Assembly (NCBI RefSeq): GCF_044324875.1
Contig: NZ_CP172186.1
Direction: 5' to 3' (one strand)
DNA: 64,000 bases
From: Escherichia coli
GTDB taxonomy: Bacteria; Pseudomonadota; Gammaproteobacteria; Enterobacterales; Enterobacteriaceae
A program made the translations under genes and the position numbers. This document shows, in pieces, positions 8,063 through 18,179 of this stretch. Position 1 is the first letter of the stretch. Each line of letters opens with the position of its first letter. Under the pieces are notes generated by a model. That model did not search any database. It saw only the letters and a list, made by a program, of their open reading frames with translations, and was not told the DNA's origin.

Positions 8063-9598
8063 TCAGTGGTAGTAGCCCGGACCACGCAGGTTTTCATGCT
8101 CTGAAGCATATGCCGGATGTTGTTCGCCCTGGCGGGATAATGGAAGCTCCAGGTTCTCCCGATGGTGACGCAGCAGATTGTCGATAAAGCGTCTGTCAGG
8201 GGCGTTATAGTGCAGGGCAACGTAACAGGCCTTTTCCAGCCGTTCCGGGCCGTATTTTTTCTGAAGTGCCAGCAGCCCCAGAACTGCACGATAAGCCAGT
8301 TCCGGATGGGGTTTTGCCTTCAGCATGGATTCAACCACCCGGCCTGTGGACGGGCCCGTACGTTTTCCCTGCTCGATCAGGCGTTCCGGTGTCCATGTCC
8401 CGTGCTGCCGGTGGCGCTCTGGCATGTGAAGCGGATTGGTTGTGTGTTTATATTCATGTGTGCTGCGCGGATGTTGCGCCACACACTGCCCCTTGTGCCA
8501 GAGCTGTACCACCGACTGCCCCGCCTTCAGTGACAGACGCTGACCGACCAGTTCGTGTGGAACGGAGTACCAGTGACGGGCATATTCAACGTGGTAGTCA
8601 GGGCCAACCTTCACAGCTTTGTATTCCGTGTATTCATAAGGTGCCAGAGGCAGCGGAGAGAGTGCTGGCGCATCCAGTATGCGGAAGCGTTCTGCACGGG
8701 TTTGATTGCCGTACCCCTTCATTGGCCGGTTATTCATGTCTGTCAGTAACTCCCTAAGGCGCGCATTCAGCGCCCTGAGCGTGTGGAAGGTTTCATTACG
8801 GATGCGGGCAAGAAGCCATCGTTCAACGATGAGGACGCCGTTTTCTGCTTTTGGTTTATCTTTAGGTTTGCGTGGTCGGGCCGGGATGATAACCGTGCCA
8901 TAGTGCTCAGCCAGTGCCTGATAACTGTCGTTGATGACAGGCTCATATCGATCGGCCTTTTTCACTGCGCTTCTGAGGTTATCGGGGATGAGCAGCTTCG
9001 GTACGCCGCCCAGGAAGGTCAGGCAACGGCTGTGGGCATTTAACCATGACATCATGTCCTGACCTTCGCACGCTTCAACGTAGGTATAGTTGGACGCCCC
9101 CATTACGGCCACGAAGATTGCCACGCGGCGTATCTCACCGGTGTCCGGATTAATAACAGGAACCGTAGGACCACAGAAGTCGATAAAAAGCTTTTCGCCG
9201 GCACGATGCTCCTGGCGCATGGAGAGACGTCGCGTTTTTTTCCACTCCCGGTAGCAACGGCAGAAGTGCGAGTATCCCATCGCTTTGTTACCCGCCTGTG
9301 CCTTGTATTCCATCCACAACAGTTGCCGCGTCACACCTGGTTTTCTCATTTCCGTATCGAAGTACAACATGTCAGGCATTACAAGCTCTGATGCAAAGGT
9401 GTCTTTGGGCGGAAAAATGAGTTTCTCCAGCGTGTCATGGGATATATCAGCAGGTAATGGCCATGACAGAGAAGAGGCTTTGAAGCGGGCAAGAACCTCA
9501 AAAACGGTTGAGGCGCTGATGTGTAACGTCAGTCCGATACAACGGTTAGTCAGCTTCTTGTCGAACTTGAGCTGAAGGATCTTAAAACAGGTTTCCAT
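8063..9598 (-). CDS. istA: IS21-family transposase IstA
   Basis: N-terminal HTH, DDE-type core; start taken at METCFKILQ with RBS (track ORF extends to 9709). Confidence 0.85.
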   Translation of the reverse strand: METCFKILQLKFDKKLTNRCIGLTLHISASTVFEVLARFKASSLSWPLPADISHDTLEKLIFPPKDTFASELVMPDMLYFDTEMRKPGVTRQLLWMEYKAQAGNKAMGYSHFCRCYREWKKTRRLSMRQEHRAGEKLFIDFCGPTVPVINPDTGEIRRVAIFVAVMGASNYTYVEACEGQDMMSWLNAHSRCLTFLGGVPKLLIPDNLRSAVKKADRYEPVINDSYQALAEHYGTVIIPARPRKPKDKPKAENGVLIVERWLLARIRNETFHTLRALNARLRELLTDMNNRPMKGYGNQTRAERFRILDAPALSPLPLAPYEYTEYKAVKVGPDYHVEYARHWYSVPHELVGQRLSLKAGQSVVQLWHKGQCVAQHPRSTHEYKHTTNPLHMPERHRQHGTWTPERLIEQGKRTGPSTGRVVESMLKAKPHPELAYRAVLGLLALQKKYGPERLEKACYVALHYNAPDRRFIDNLLRHHRENLELPLSRQGEQHPAYASEHENLRGPGYYH

Positions 9599-9702
9599 AG
9601 TGCTCCTGGATTTTCTCTTTCTGGACATTGACGTCTCCACTGGTTTAAACACGGCAATGGAGACTGTGGTGAAAAGAGTTAATTCCCGGAGTGACTGGCA
9701 GG

Positions 9703-9830
9703 ATGCCAATCAATGATCGGAAGCATGCCAAATCGTGATCGATTGTGATGCCAAACTGTGATCGGAGATGGATGCCAAATCATGATCGATTCGAATGCCA
9801 AACTGCGATCGATTCAGATGCCATTTTGCA
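9703..9830. repeat. direct repeats ATGCCAAA(T/C)NNTGATCG (at least 5 copies) at IS21-family left terminus
   Basis: Read directly; spacing about 22-27 bp; typical multi-site termini of IS21-family elements. Confidence 0.8.
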
Positions 9831-9913
9831 GGTAAAAATGGCAATTTTTTTCATGCTGTATTTTTGCCATTTATTTTCTTTGAAATGGTTTTTTTCTTCA
9901 TATCAGCAAATAA

Positions 9914-10381
9914 TTATTTCTTATTCTGTTTTCTCCAGGTCCATGGTGGTACCGGATTTTTATCTGCCCATAATCCCCGCTTCAGGGCGCGGGCATCACG
10001 CTGGAGCGGCGGGAGAGTATAGTCATTATTGTAGTCCGGGTACACCCAGGCAGCGCCGTTACGGACCTGCCAGCGATTTGCTTCTGTGCCGTCAGCGGTA
10101 TAGACCCGGCCGAGAATACGGCCATACCTGTCTGTCTGCGCGTATTGCACGGTTACGGGCTTTCCGGCCACCAGGTCCTTCAGCTGAGTGGCTGACCAGC
10201 GTCCAAAGGGCTGTTTCTTTTCCGGTGCATCAATATTAGCCAGACGGACCCTGACAGGCTTTTTGTCCTGTAATATTTCCAGCGTATCACCATCAAGAAC
10301 GCGGATGACGTGCCCCTGAATCTGTGCGGCACAGAGAGAAGCGGAAAAAATAATGGTGAGTGAAAAGATATATTTTATCAT
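9914..10381 (-). CDS. nuc: secreted thermonuclease (SNase/micrococcal nuclease fold)
   Basis: 155 aa; signal peptide; motif VIRVLDGDTLEI...RLANIDAPE. Confidence 0.8.
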   Translation of the reverse strand: MIKYIFSLTIIFSASLCAAQIQGHVIRVLDGDTLEILQDKKPVRVRLANIDAPEKKQPFGRWSATQLKDLVAGKPVTVQYAQTDRYGRILGRVYTADGTEANRWQVRNGAAWVYPDYNNDYTLPPLQRDARALKRGLWADKNPVPPWTWRKQNKK

Positions 10382-10483
10382 TTCATCGTCTCCTTTTTAT
10401 TTATGAAAACAGGTGCAATTAATATTGCGAAATAATAACGTTCAGGTGTGTTTTTTTTGGCAGTGTGATACTTCACGCAGGGC

Positions 10484-11164
10484 ATGAATTCCAGTACGCT
10501 GATATCCGTGATGATACGGCAACAGATATCCGGTGACGGTATGCAGGAACATATTGATTATCAGATTGAGAAATATCAGTTCAGGGCCAGGAATGAGTCA
10601 CCGCGACTGATGCGCCAGTGGGAAGATGTCATGCGTGAATGCCGTGATACCGGAGCAGGAGCCAGGGAGCGGCTGCGGATTGCCTTACTTAATGTTGATT
10701 ATGTGACCAGTTTTGAACTGCCGTTTCGTCTGCTGTTAACCCGGACACCGCAGATGATTGACAGCGTGCGGCGGGAATGGCAGCTCAGCCAGAAAAAAGT
10801 CGTATTCAATGAGCGGCAGCGGGGATGTGTATACAGTCTGCAGAATGACTTATCCGGCGTGCCGGATAGCTTCAGTTACAGTCTTGCGACGCGAATACGG
10901 CGGGTGGACAGCTATGGCATGACGACGCGTTGTTTCACTGATATAGCCGGGCAGGTTAAAGCCCCGACAGCACGGCTGAAACTGGCGCTGGAAAGCGGGT
11001 TAATTGTCACCGCGCTGGATGGTCTGTTCTGGCTTGGTATTCAGCGTATTGCCGCAGATGTGCAGCGGCTGCGTCAGTCCGGAATGACAATCATCACCCG
11101 GGATGTTGAGGTCTCAGACTCGCTGACCGGAACCACACGGGTTGTTTCCGGGTACAGACTTTGA
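10484..11164 (+). CDS. hypothetical protein, possible C-terminal winged-helix DNA-binding domain
   Basis: 226-aa ORF; C-terminal LKLALESGLIVTALDGLFWLGIQRIAADVQRLRQSGMTI resembles an HTH; convergent with the small-gene cluster. Confidence 0.4.
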   Translation: MNSSTLISVMIRQQISGDGMQEHIDYQIEKYQFRARNESPRLMRQWEDVMRECRDTGAGARERLRIALLNVDYVTSFELPFRLLLTRTPQMIDSVRREWQLSQKKVVFNERQRGCVYSLQNDLSGVPDSFSYSLATRIRRVDSYGMTTRCFTDIAGQVKAPTARLKLALESGLIVTALDGLFWLGIQRIAADVQRLRQSGMTIITRDVEVSDSLTGTTRVVSGYRL

Positions 11165-11365
11165 TTTATGCAACAAAGTATCGCAGCGTCGAATATGAGC
11201 TATGGCCAGATTTTTGTTAATCGTGGTTGTTGCAACATGTAAGGCGAATGACCACACTATTCTGGTACGCTCGTAATCACGCTGAAATTCTGCTTCCTGT
11301 CCTGCCGTGATGAGTTCCGACCAGGACATACGGCGAAGTGTATGTCTGTCAGTAATATCCGTCAT
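11114..11365 (-). CDS. hypothetical small protein (83 aa)
   Basis: Third ORF of a tightly packed three-ORF cluster (4-bp overlap with upstream ORF). Confidence 0.35.
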   Translation of the reverse strand: MTDITDRHTLRRMSWSELITAGQEAEFQRDYERTRIVWSFALHVATTTINKNLAIAHIRRCDTLLHKSKSVPGNNPCGSGQRV

Positions 11366-11577
11366 GAGCTCTCAGCCTCCTCCTTCGTATTTCCGTCAGA
11401 AACACAAACGCCCCGCAGAGAAAATTCGCCAACATTCTCCTTTTTAATGGCGCGCAATGCATCGCGGCAGGCCCGTTCGGTATGAAAGGCCTGGCTGTGC
11501 ACCGCCAGTGTGGGCTGACGGGCATCACCGGAAGAGACATTAAAGGGCGATGAAAGCCAGAAAATCAGTAGCCACAT
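11362..11577 (-). CDS. hypothetical small secreted protein (71 aa) with signal peptide
   Basis: N-terminal hydrophobic MWLLIFWLSSPF; two Cys in mature part. Confidence 0.4.
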   Translation of the reverse strand: MWLLIFWLSSPFNVSSGDARQPTLAVHSQAFHTERACRDALRAIKKENVGEFSLRGVCVSDGNTKEEAESS

Positions 11578-11580
11578 GCG

Positions 11581-11964
11581 TCACACCTCGTCCTTTTTAT
11601 GCGGGTATCTGGACAGAATATTGAGCGCCTGTAATGGCGCTTCATGCATTTCACGGATACAACGGGCATCGGTGATATTTTCCCGGTAATGTGTGGTTTC
11701 CAGCATCATATGATGCATATGGAGCATCCGGGCCAGGGCTGCGCGGAGTTCTTCAATATGTTGTTCATGGGAATGCTGGCGGGGCTGTATCCGGCAGAGA
11801 GGGATAACCTCCACATCATCCGGGTGCGCGCGAAGCCACGCGTCAGTGACTGCAATGTCGTCAGTGTAAAACCATGTGCCGGATGTCCCGTTGGCCAGAA
11901 AACGCATTTTCCAGGCTTCTGGGGTGGCGGTTGTGTTGTTATCTTTCATGGTGCCACCACTCAT
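11581..11964 (-). CDS. hypothetical protein (about 122-127 aa), His-rich
   Basis: First ORF of three-ORF cluster; 3-bp gap to next ORF. Confidence 0.4.
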   Translation of the reverse strand: MSGGTMKDNNTTATPEAWKMRFLANGTSGTWFYTDDIAVTDAWLRAHPDDVEVIPLCRIQPRQHSHEQHIEELRAALARMLHMHHMMLETTHYRENITDARCIREMHEAPLQALNILSRYPHKKDEV

Positions 11965-12406
11965 TCAACAGGCTTAATGCTGTCCAGGCGCAGTCTGCTC
12001 AGACTGTCGTGGCTGCCACAGCGGCGTCCAGTGCTTTTGCTGTAGCACTCCTGCCCCCTGATACACCATGCCGTTGGCGTTTCGTAGAGGCTGACACGTC
12101 GGGTTTTATCTTTAATGATGAGAAGCCCGGTGTGAGTTTTTGTCTTTTTCATCGGTGGGGTACAAACGCAGAAATTTTGTTGTCATTACATCATCAGTTT
12201 TAGCCTGCAGAGACGCTGAAAAATCAGCGTTTTCAGACCCTGTTCAGGTTAGTGAATATTCTTGCCTGGCCTTTCGGCAATATCAATCCCCTGATGTGTG
12301 CACACGTAGTCACTTTCCGGCTTTATTTCTGTCCCTGACACAAAATACGTGGTGGCATGAAAAGGATTGTGGCGGACAGGAAAACGATTAGAATAGCGGC
12401 GGGCGC

Positions 12407-12700
12407 TTGAGGCTGTATGCCGAAAGCGTTTTGTGGACGGCATGTAGCAGAAAGCCCCAGGCGATTTTTTTATCAATCAACCCAGGGCCCACTGTAATGC
12501 CTAGACAACATTATAGTAGCCCGATGACGGCCGAAAGGCAATGGAGGGGCTGCGATGCCACAACGAACGTTTTTAATGATGTTAATCGTCGTCTGTGTGA
12601 CGATACTGTGTTTTGTCTGGATGGTGAGGGATTCGCTTTGCGGATTTCGTATCGAGCAGGGAAATACGGTGCTTGTGGCAACGTTAGCCTACGAAGTTAA
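12407..12700 (+). CDS. pndC: pndC-like (mok-equivalent) overlapping reading frame of pnd locus
   Basis: ORF overlaps pndA in another frame, as in hok/mok-type loci. Confidence 0.45.
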   Translation: MRLYAESVLWTACSRKPQAIFLSINPGPTVMPRQHYSSPMTAERQWRGCDATTNVFNDVNRRLCDDTVFCLDGEGFALRISYRAGKYGACGNVSLRS

Positions 12701-12707
12701 ACGTTAA
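12555..12707 (+). CDS. pndA: Hok/Gef-family type I toxin PndA (50 aa)
   Basis: Manual translation MPQRTFLMMLIVVCVTILCFVWMVRDSLCGFRIEQGNTVLVATLAYEVKR: single TM helix plus conserved RDSLC motif of Hok family. Confidence 0.85.
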   Translation: MPQRTFLMMLIVVCVTILCFVWMVRDSLCGFRIEQGNTVLVATLAYEVKR

Positions 12708-12844
12708 CGGGCAACACGGCGGTAGAGAATCTGCCGCCGGATTGTTGCGAAGGCTGACCTCAATGCGCCTTGTTTGTCTTTTTTACCGGACGACTGCTGG
12801 TTGCTGCTGTCCGGCAGCTATTATTTTTTCCGTCCTGTGCGTCA

Positions 12845-13060
12845 TCAATTATGACAGTCGCTCTCATTTAGTTGTCTCTGGTTAGATGTATTATTATATA
12901 TTTTCGGGGTAATTCGATAAAAGTTATCCACTTCAGCACCAGACTGAATGATATATGCAATAAGATCTAAACGATGAATCTCGTATCGTGTACGTAACTC
13001 CATTATTTCACGCCATGGAGTACCATGTCGTGCTGGAAAATTGCTGCGGGATTCAGACAT
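12845..13060 (-). CDS. hypothetical small protein downstream of excA-like gene
   Basis: 71-aa ORF from track; low GC. Confidence 0.3.
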   Translation of the reverse strand: MSESRSNFPARHGTPWREIMELRTRYEIHRLDLIAYIIQSGAEVDNFYRITPKIYNNTSNQRQLNESDCHN

Positions 13061-13333
13061 GATTTTATCTTTATGTTTTCTAGGTACTGCCTTGAGTGTG
13101 TGGATATGATAATTATTTATAATGATATTGTTATCTTTTATAGATAACTGATATGCAGAATTGTATTGATTTTGTCTACAGTGGGCAAGACAGTGCTAAG
13201 AATTTGTGGGGAAAACATAGAGACTCCATGCTGCGTCCTGAGATAGACGGCAGACAGGCATTCTGCCTGAAAAGAAAAAGCCGGTTCAGAGAAAACCGGC
13301 TGACGGATTATCGTCTAACAGTTGATAGCTACC

Positions 13334-13981
13334 TCAAAATACTTCTGCAACAGGAACACCGGCAACTTTTTCCCACTCTTTAACCCGATACCGGATCATC
13401 TGTGGGAAACGTTCCTTGTACTCATATCCACGTGCAGCCATGGTGTGCATGGTGTTGGCCAGCGTCCTTGCTGAGATGCCGGAGATCTCAAGAGGAATCA
13501 TCGGCAGACTCACATAGGTGGTGTGGATTTCCAGCTTGCCGTCCTCAGCAACCGTGCGGGTAAAGTTGTGAATATCCAGACCAATCACATCCATCACATT
13601 GTTTGGATAAATACGCACATACAGCATGGTGCCGTTTTTAATGTCGATCCCGAAATAACAACTCTTCGAGAATGACAGTTGCTCATAATCGCTGGTCGGC
13701 GCAAAGGGACTGCTTTCTTTTATCTGCTGAACAACCTGCTGGACTTTCTTTTTCTTCGCCCTGGTTCTTAGATATAGCCAGAGTAATGGGAGGATAATCA
13801 GCGTTGAACATCCATATGTTATCATATAGATATTAGGGGAGGAGTATCTGGCGTAGCTAATACTTAATGTACCTAATATTGCATATATTAATAGGAATGG
13901 TATTCCAATAATAAAATAAGCATTGCGGATCAGGTAATAATATGCCCACCAGGAAGGATATCTGTTTTTTGTTGTACTCAT
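13334..13981 (-). CDS. excA: entry-exclusion inner-membrane protein (ExcA-like)
   Basis: 215 aa, low-GC, two N-terminal TM helices; sits immediately after traY as in IncI1. Confidence 0.55.
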   Translation of the reverse strand: MSTTKNRYPSWWAYYYLIRNAYFIIGIPFLLIYAILGTLSISYARYSSPNIYMITYGCSTLIILPLLWLYLRTRAKKKKVQQVVQQIKESSPFAPTSDYEQLSFSKSCYFGIDIKNGTMLYVRIYPNNVMDVIGLDIHNFTRTVAEDGKLEIHTTYVSLPMIPLEISGISARTLANTMHTMAARGYEYKERFPQMIRYRVKEWEKVAGVPVAEVF

Positions 13982-14068
13982 AATAAACCTCCATATTCAC
14001 CTGAATGTATTTTAATCTCTTCAGGTGAATATGGCAATGGTATTTTAGTGGTTTTTCGATATTTTCAT

Positions 14069-16228
14069 TTATTGTTTTATTCCGTCTTTATCATCTCTAT
14101 TAATATTTTTCAGTTTTTCTTCACGAACGCCAGGTGTTCTGCGCATATTGGTATTACCTCCGGCAATAATATCTTTGACGGATGAAACCATATTCCCCAG
14201 CATATTAACACCGTCACGTCCGCCCAGAAAATTAATCACATGGTCAGGCAGATAAGCCTGAAGCGCAAAAACGGCCGCAACCAGCGTGGTACAGACTCGG
14301 GCATAAATCAGCAAAAATCCTGCCATGCTGAATAGCCCCGTCAGGGAGTCTGTCTGTACATTGGCCAGTGCAGCTCCAAACAACGAATTTAGAATGGTTC
14401 CGGCAGCAATGATAGCGACTGACGCAAAGAAGAACCCGAATACCATCAGCAGCGGTCTGATCATGCTGTCTATCAGGTAGATGTAACCGTAAGCGGCCCG
14501 GCTTCCCCGGTCCTGGCTTGTTCCCAGGTGGGTGGCCGCCCAGAGGGGGCCAGCAGCACATCCAATCAGCACGCTGACTATCCAGTTACCAATGCCGGTC
14601 ATCCAGAAGATAAACGGAATAAACGGCAGGTAAATGGATAACGAAAAGCCGGCACAGAACAGCAAAAACAGCAGGAAGTAGAGCGGTGGAGCGGCTGCTT
14701 CCATAAAAGCCTTTGCAGCCTCAGGTAAGCCCGTAACGGTATTAACCAGCCGACCAAAAATGGAGTTGCTGCCGGCAGTCGAAAGCACCCTGACTGTGGT
14801 ATAACCCGCCCAGATGCTTTCAGTAATGCCCATAGTGTAATCACCGATATTTTTCATTTTTATCAGTGGGTTTAGTTGGTCAGTGGTTGTGCCGGTTTTT
14901 GTAAAGATTGTTGCTACATTATTTGTAAGTTCTACTCCAGGAATTGAACTTAAAATAGCACTTTGCGGATCGTTACTGCCTGCGCTGTTATATTCATTTG
15001 CTGATTTTAATGTTCCCAGTGCAGGAGTATACGTTGAGTTCTGTAGCTGTGCCTGGTAAGCCCCCTTGACTTCCTTCAGGAACTCCGTATCCCCGGCTTC
15101 GCCCAGTGACGAGACGCCACTCACAGTAGGAGCGCGGTTGGCCAGGTCTTCCAGTCGCTGGTTGGCGGTGGCAAAGGTCTGGTACCAGGCGCCCAGGGCA
15201 ACCCAGCCGTAGGTGGTCAGGTAGGATTTCAGCTGCTCCCTGCGCTCAGTTTCTGCGTTATCTGCCGGCAACGCCTTCTGCACCGTTTCTTCATACCGGT
15301 TGGCAGCCTGCTGAATACGGCTTTCAATATCCGGCAGGTTGCCGTTACCCGTGTCGCGTCGGGTCCGGTACGCTGACACAAATTCCTGCGCCGCGCTGTC
15401 CAGGTCACGGAGCATGGTATCCATGGCGGAGCGCTGTGCCGTCAGAACCCCCTGATATTCCGTTTCAATGAAGGGATTGAAAAAATGGGCCAGCGCGGAC
15501 TGCTTGTTACTGCCGTTTCCTTTCACGGAGAGACTCACACTCCCGCAGGTGGCGCTGCCATTTGAGACGGTGACGGTATATCTGCCATTCTCTGTCCGTG
15601 AGGATTCGCTCATGGGCGGCGTTGATGAACGTGCGGTACGGTTAAAGTCATCGAGGCCCGTATTCATGGCGTGTTTGCACAGTTCCATCTCCAGTATTCC
15701 CCGTGCTGCCGTGCGGGTGGAGACATGTACTGGCTGTACGGTCATTGAATAGCCTTCAGCGATGTTTTCTGCCGCTGTCTGAACCATGATATTGGCGGAA
15801 CCGATGCCCATGATGGATGCGCCCCACAGCATGACCAGTTGTGCCAGACTCCAGCCGGAAGCGGTGGGCACAATCATCATAAAACCGCTCACAATACTGA
15901 GCATTCCGACGACGTCCCGTCCGTTGTTAAAGACATTGCCCTGGTGTCCCGTGCGGACAGCATGACGGATACCAATAAACAGAAACCAGACTATCCCCAT
16001 CGTGGCGATAATTGCGTTAAACACCATGAACAGGTTGCCAATGATGGTGTTGCTGCTGGCTGTCAGGGGATTTGTGACCACATCACCAAAAATGGTGACC
16101 AGTGCCTGGCGCGACAGGTCATCCGGATTGGTGGCGGCACTCACAATGTCCTGATAGGTGACGAAAGCCTGTGCAGGTACGGCAGCCAGCGCCAGACCTG
16201 CACTCAGTGCTCTGGGTATGATTTTCAC
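14069..16228 (-). CDS. traY: integral membrane conjugation protein TraY
   Basis: 719 aa, multiple TM helices; size/position match. Confidence 0.7.
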   Translation of the reverse strand: MKIIPRALSAGLALAAVPAQAFVTYQDIVSAATNPDDLSRQALVTIFGDVVTNPLTASSNTIIGNLFMVFNAIIATMGIVWFLFIGIRHAVRTGHQGNVFNNGRDVVGMLSIVSGFMMIVPTASGWSLAQLVMLWGASIMGIGSANIMVQTAAENIAEGYSMTVQPVHVSTRTAARGILEMELCKHAMNTGLDDFNRTARSSTPPMSESSRTENGRYTVTVSNGSATCGSVSLSVKGNGSNKQSALAHFFNPFIETEYQGVLTAQRSAMDTMLRDLDSAAQEFVSAYRTRRDTGNGNLPDIESRIQQAANRYEETVQKALPADNAETERREQLKSYLTTYGWVALGAWYQTFATANQRLEDLANRAPTVSGVSSLGEAGDTEFLKEVKGAYQAQLQNSTYTPALGTLKSANEYNSAGSNDPQSAILSSIPGVELTNNVATIFTKTGTTTDQLNPLIKMKNIGDYTMGITESIWAGYTTVRVLSTAGSNSIFGRLVNTVTGLPEAAKAFMEAAAPPLYFLLFLLFCAGFSLSIYLPFIPFIFWMTGIGNWIVSVLIGCAAGPLWAATHLGTSQDRGSRAAYGYIYLIDSMIRPLLMVFGFFFASVAIIAAGTILNSLFGAALANVQTDSLTGLFSMAGFLLIYARVCTTLVAAVFALQAYLPDHVINFLGGRDGVNMLGNMVSSVKDIIAGGNTNMRRTPGVREEKLKNINRDDKDGIKQ

Positions 16229-16302
16229 GGTAACTCCGGAACCGAAGGGGATGCCCGGGCATCAGCCCCCGGAATGAGGAAAAGAAATTGCAGACCGGAC
16301 GG

Positions 16303-16872
16303 TCAGTACTGCCGGTGGGTAATGGCCAGCCATGTGGCCTGTTTCCAGCCGTGCCGGGCCTGCAGGTAATCGGGGAAGGTGCCCTGTTCGTCCTCGCTGA
16401 CCCGCCGTTCATTCAGCTGCCAGAGGCGGTATGACGCAATCAGGGCTTTTGAGGCACACAGTGCTGCAATGGTGCTCATCAGTAACAGGCAGACCAGGAT
16501 ACGTATCAGGGTGATGACCGGCAGTGCGGTGGCCGCAAGGGCCATACCACACAGCAGAAGTACCGGTATCATCATCAGCCAGAATCCTGTCCGCCAGAAC
16601 ATCCTGCGACGTCGCAGACGCCGGTCCAGTTCGTCGACCGTCAGTCCGCTGGCCCTGACCGCTTCCTCCCAGGTCATACAGACCGGACTCTCCGGTTGCC
16701 GGTCGGGCATGAGGCGCTTCAGGCGCGTTTTATGCTGGTCCAGCATATGGCGGCAGCTGCGCAGCATCCAGCGGGTTTCTGCCAGTGGTGCGAACAGATT
16801 TATCCCTATATCACCGATGCGGCGGAGACGGGGGGCCGGTTTTTTTTCGTCGATGCTGTTGTCGTCTTTCAT
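16303..16872 (-). CDS. traX: conjugal transfer membrane protein TraX
   Basis: 189 aa with TM helices; synteny. Confidence 0.6.
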   Translation of the reverse strand: MKDDNSIDEKKPAPRLRRIGDIGINLFAPLAETRWMLRSCRHMLDQHKTRLKRLMPDRQPESPVCMTWEEAVRASGLTVDELDRRLRRRRMFWRTGFWLMMIPVLLLCGMALAATALPVITLIRILVCLLLMSTIAALCASKALIASYRLWQLNERRVSEDEQGTFPDYLQARHGWKQATWLAITHRQY

Positions 16873-18179
16873 CTTACGCTCCCCTGGCTCATGGCCTGTG
16901 ACAGTTCGCCAAGGCGCTGTCCGTAATACTGCCGTGCGGCCAGCGCAAGTTGCTGCCCGGCGATAACGTTACCCTGACGAATCTGCTCTTTCAGGTCGTT
17001 CATCTGCCAGTTCAGCAGGGCGGTGGTGCGCAGCAGTTCACGGAGAAGGTTATCGCCTTCCATGCCCTGCAGATCCTGCTGCCAGTCGGTGTTTGCATAG
17101 CGTCTGCCGGCTTCAAAGGCCTCAAACTCCCGCTGGCTCATGTGACCACGGGTGCGGGCCTCTGATGATGCGGTCCGGTCAAAATATGCCGCAGCGGATG
17201 GTGACTGCAGGGCTTCAGTCAGCGCTCCACGGGTGGCCTCATTAGGGGTGCTGTCAGCTATCAGTGACAGTTGCGGATGAGAGGCGGCATCGATGATGCC
17301 GTTGTATTCATTCTGCAGGCCCACATACGTGCGCCCGGTCTGTGTTCCCACTTCACCTTTCCCCGGGGCACGACCCGCTGACGGTCTGGCGGTGTTTTTC
17401 ATGTAAGCCGTGGCAGCATCAATCTGTTTCTGATCCCAGGTGAGGGCGGCAGGGGTATCTGCTGTGCCTGCACCCTGATAGAGCGATCGCACCTGGCTGT
17501 CTCCGCCCGGCAGCTCGCCCACGGCAGGGCAGACATCGGTTCCGCCAAAGCGGGCATATTCAGCTTCCGTGCAGTAACCGGCATGAATGCCTGCACTGTC
17601 ATATGCCTCGCGGGTTGGTGAGTCTGCTGCCCGGGAGAGACGTTCACGGATGAGTTTACTGCTGACGCCTCCTCCCTGACTCAGACGTGCAGCCGCAGAC
17701 GCTGCTGCACGGCGACTTTCAGCTGCAACTCCGGAGGCGGATTCACTGCAGATGGAGTCCGGCACGCTGAAGCTCTTCCGGGCTTCCTCAAGCCGGCGGG
17801 TTTCATTACTGAATATCATCTGCTGACGGGTGGCCTGCCCATCCTGTGCGATGACAGAGGCCAGCTTCTCTGAACTCTGGTTGATGGCTGTGCCGGTGGC
17901 TGTCTGCATACGGACCATCTCTGCCATCACGCCCTGAATGGCGGCCAGCTCCGGCATGATTTGTGTGGTGACAGGCTGGCTGGCCACTACGGTCACAGAA
18001 TAGGCGTGGGTGGACGGGATAACCGCACAGCCTACCAGGAGTGCAAGCAGTGTGGTTGCTGGTTGTCTTTGCATTCTTTTTTCTCCGTTTTCAGGGGATA
18101 CAGGATGTCTGGTACGCGGTGACTGTGTGATTCCGGCAGCGGAGCCAGCGGGAAACACTGGAAGCGGCGCGTGATCCAT
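16869..18179 (-). CDS. traW: conjugal transfer lipoprotein TraW
   Basis: 436 aa; lipobox-like LVGCAV; synteny. Confidence 0.6.
   Translation of the reverse strand: MDHAPLPVFPAGSAAGITQSPRTRHPVSPENGEKRMQRQPATTLLALLVGCAVIPSTHAYSVTVVASQPVTTQIMPELAAIQGVMAEMVRMQTATGTAINQSSEKLASVIAQDGQATRQQMIFSNETRRLEEARKSFSVPDSICSESASGVAAESRRAAASAAARLSQGGGVSSKLIRERLSRAADSPTREAYDSAGIHAGYCTEAEYARFGGTDVCPAVGELPGGDSQVRSLYQGAGTADTPAALTWDQKQIDAATAYMKNTARPSAGRAPGKGEVGTQTGRTYVGLQNEYNGIIDAASHPQLSLIADSTPNEATRGALTEALQSPSAAAYFDRTASSEARTRGHMSQREFEAFEAGRRYANTDWQQDLQGMEGDNLLRELLRTTALLNWQMNDLKEQIRQGNVIAGQQLALAARQYYGQRLGELSQAMSQGSVR

Larger units (their letters stand above)
7200..9830 (-). mobile_element. IS21-family insertion sequence (istA-istB) with multi-repeat termini; ends approximate
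   Basis: istA+istB pair; at least 5 direct copies of ATGCCAAAYNNTGATCG at 9703..9830 and inverted copies at about 7213..7260. Confidence 0.75.
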
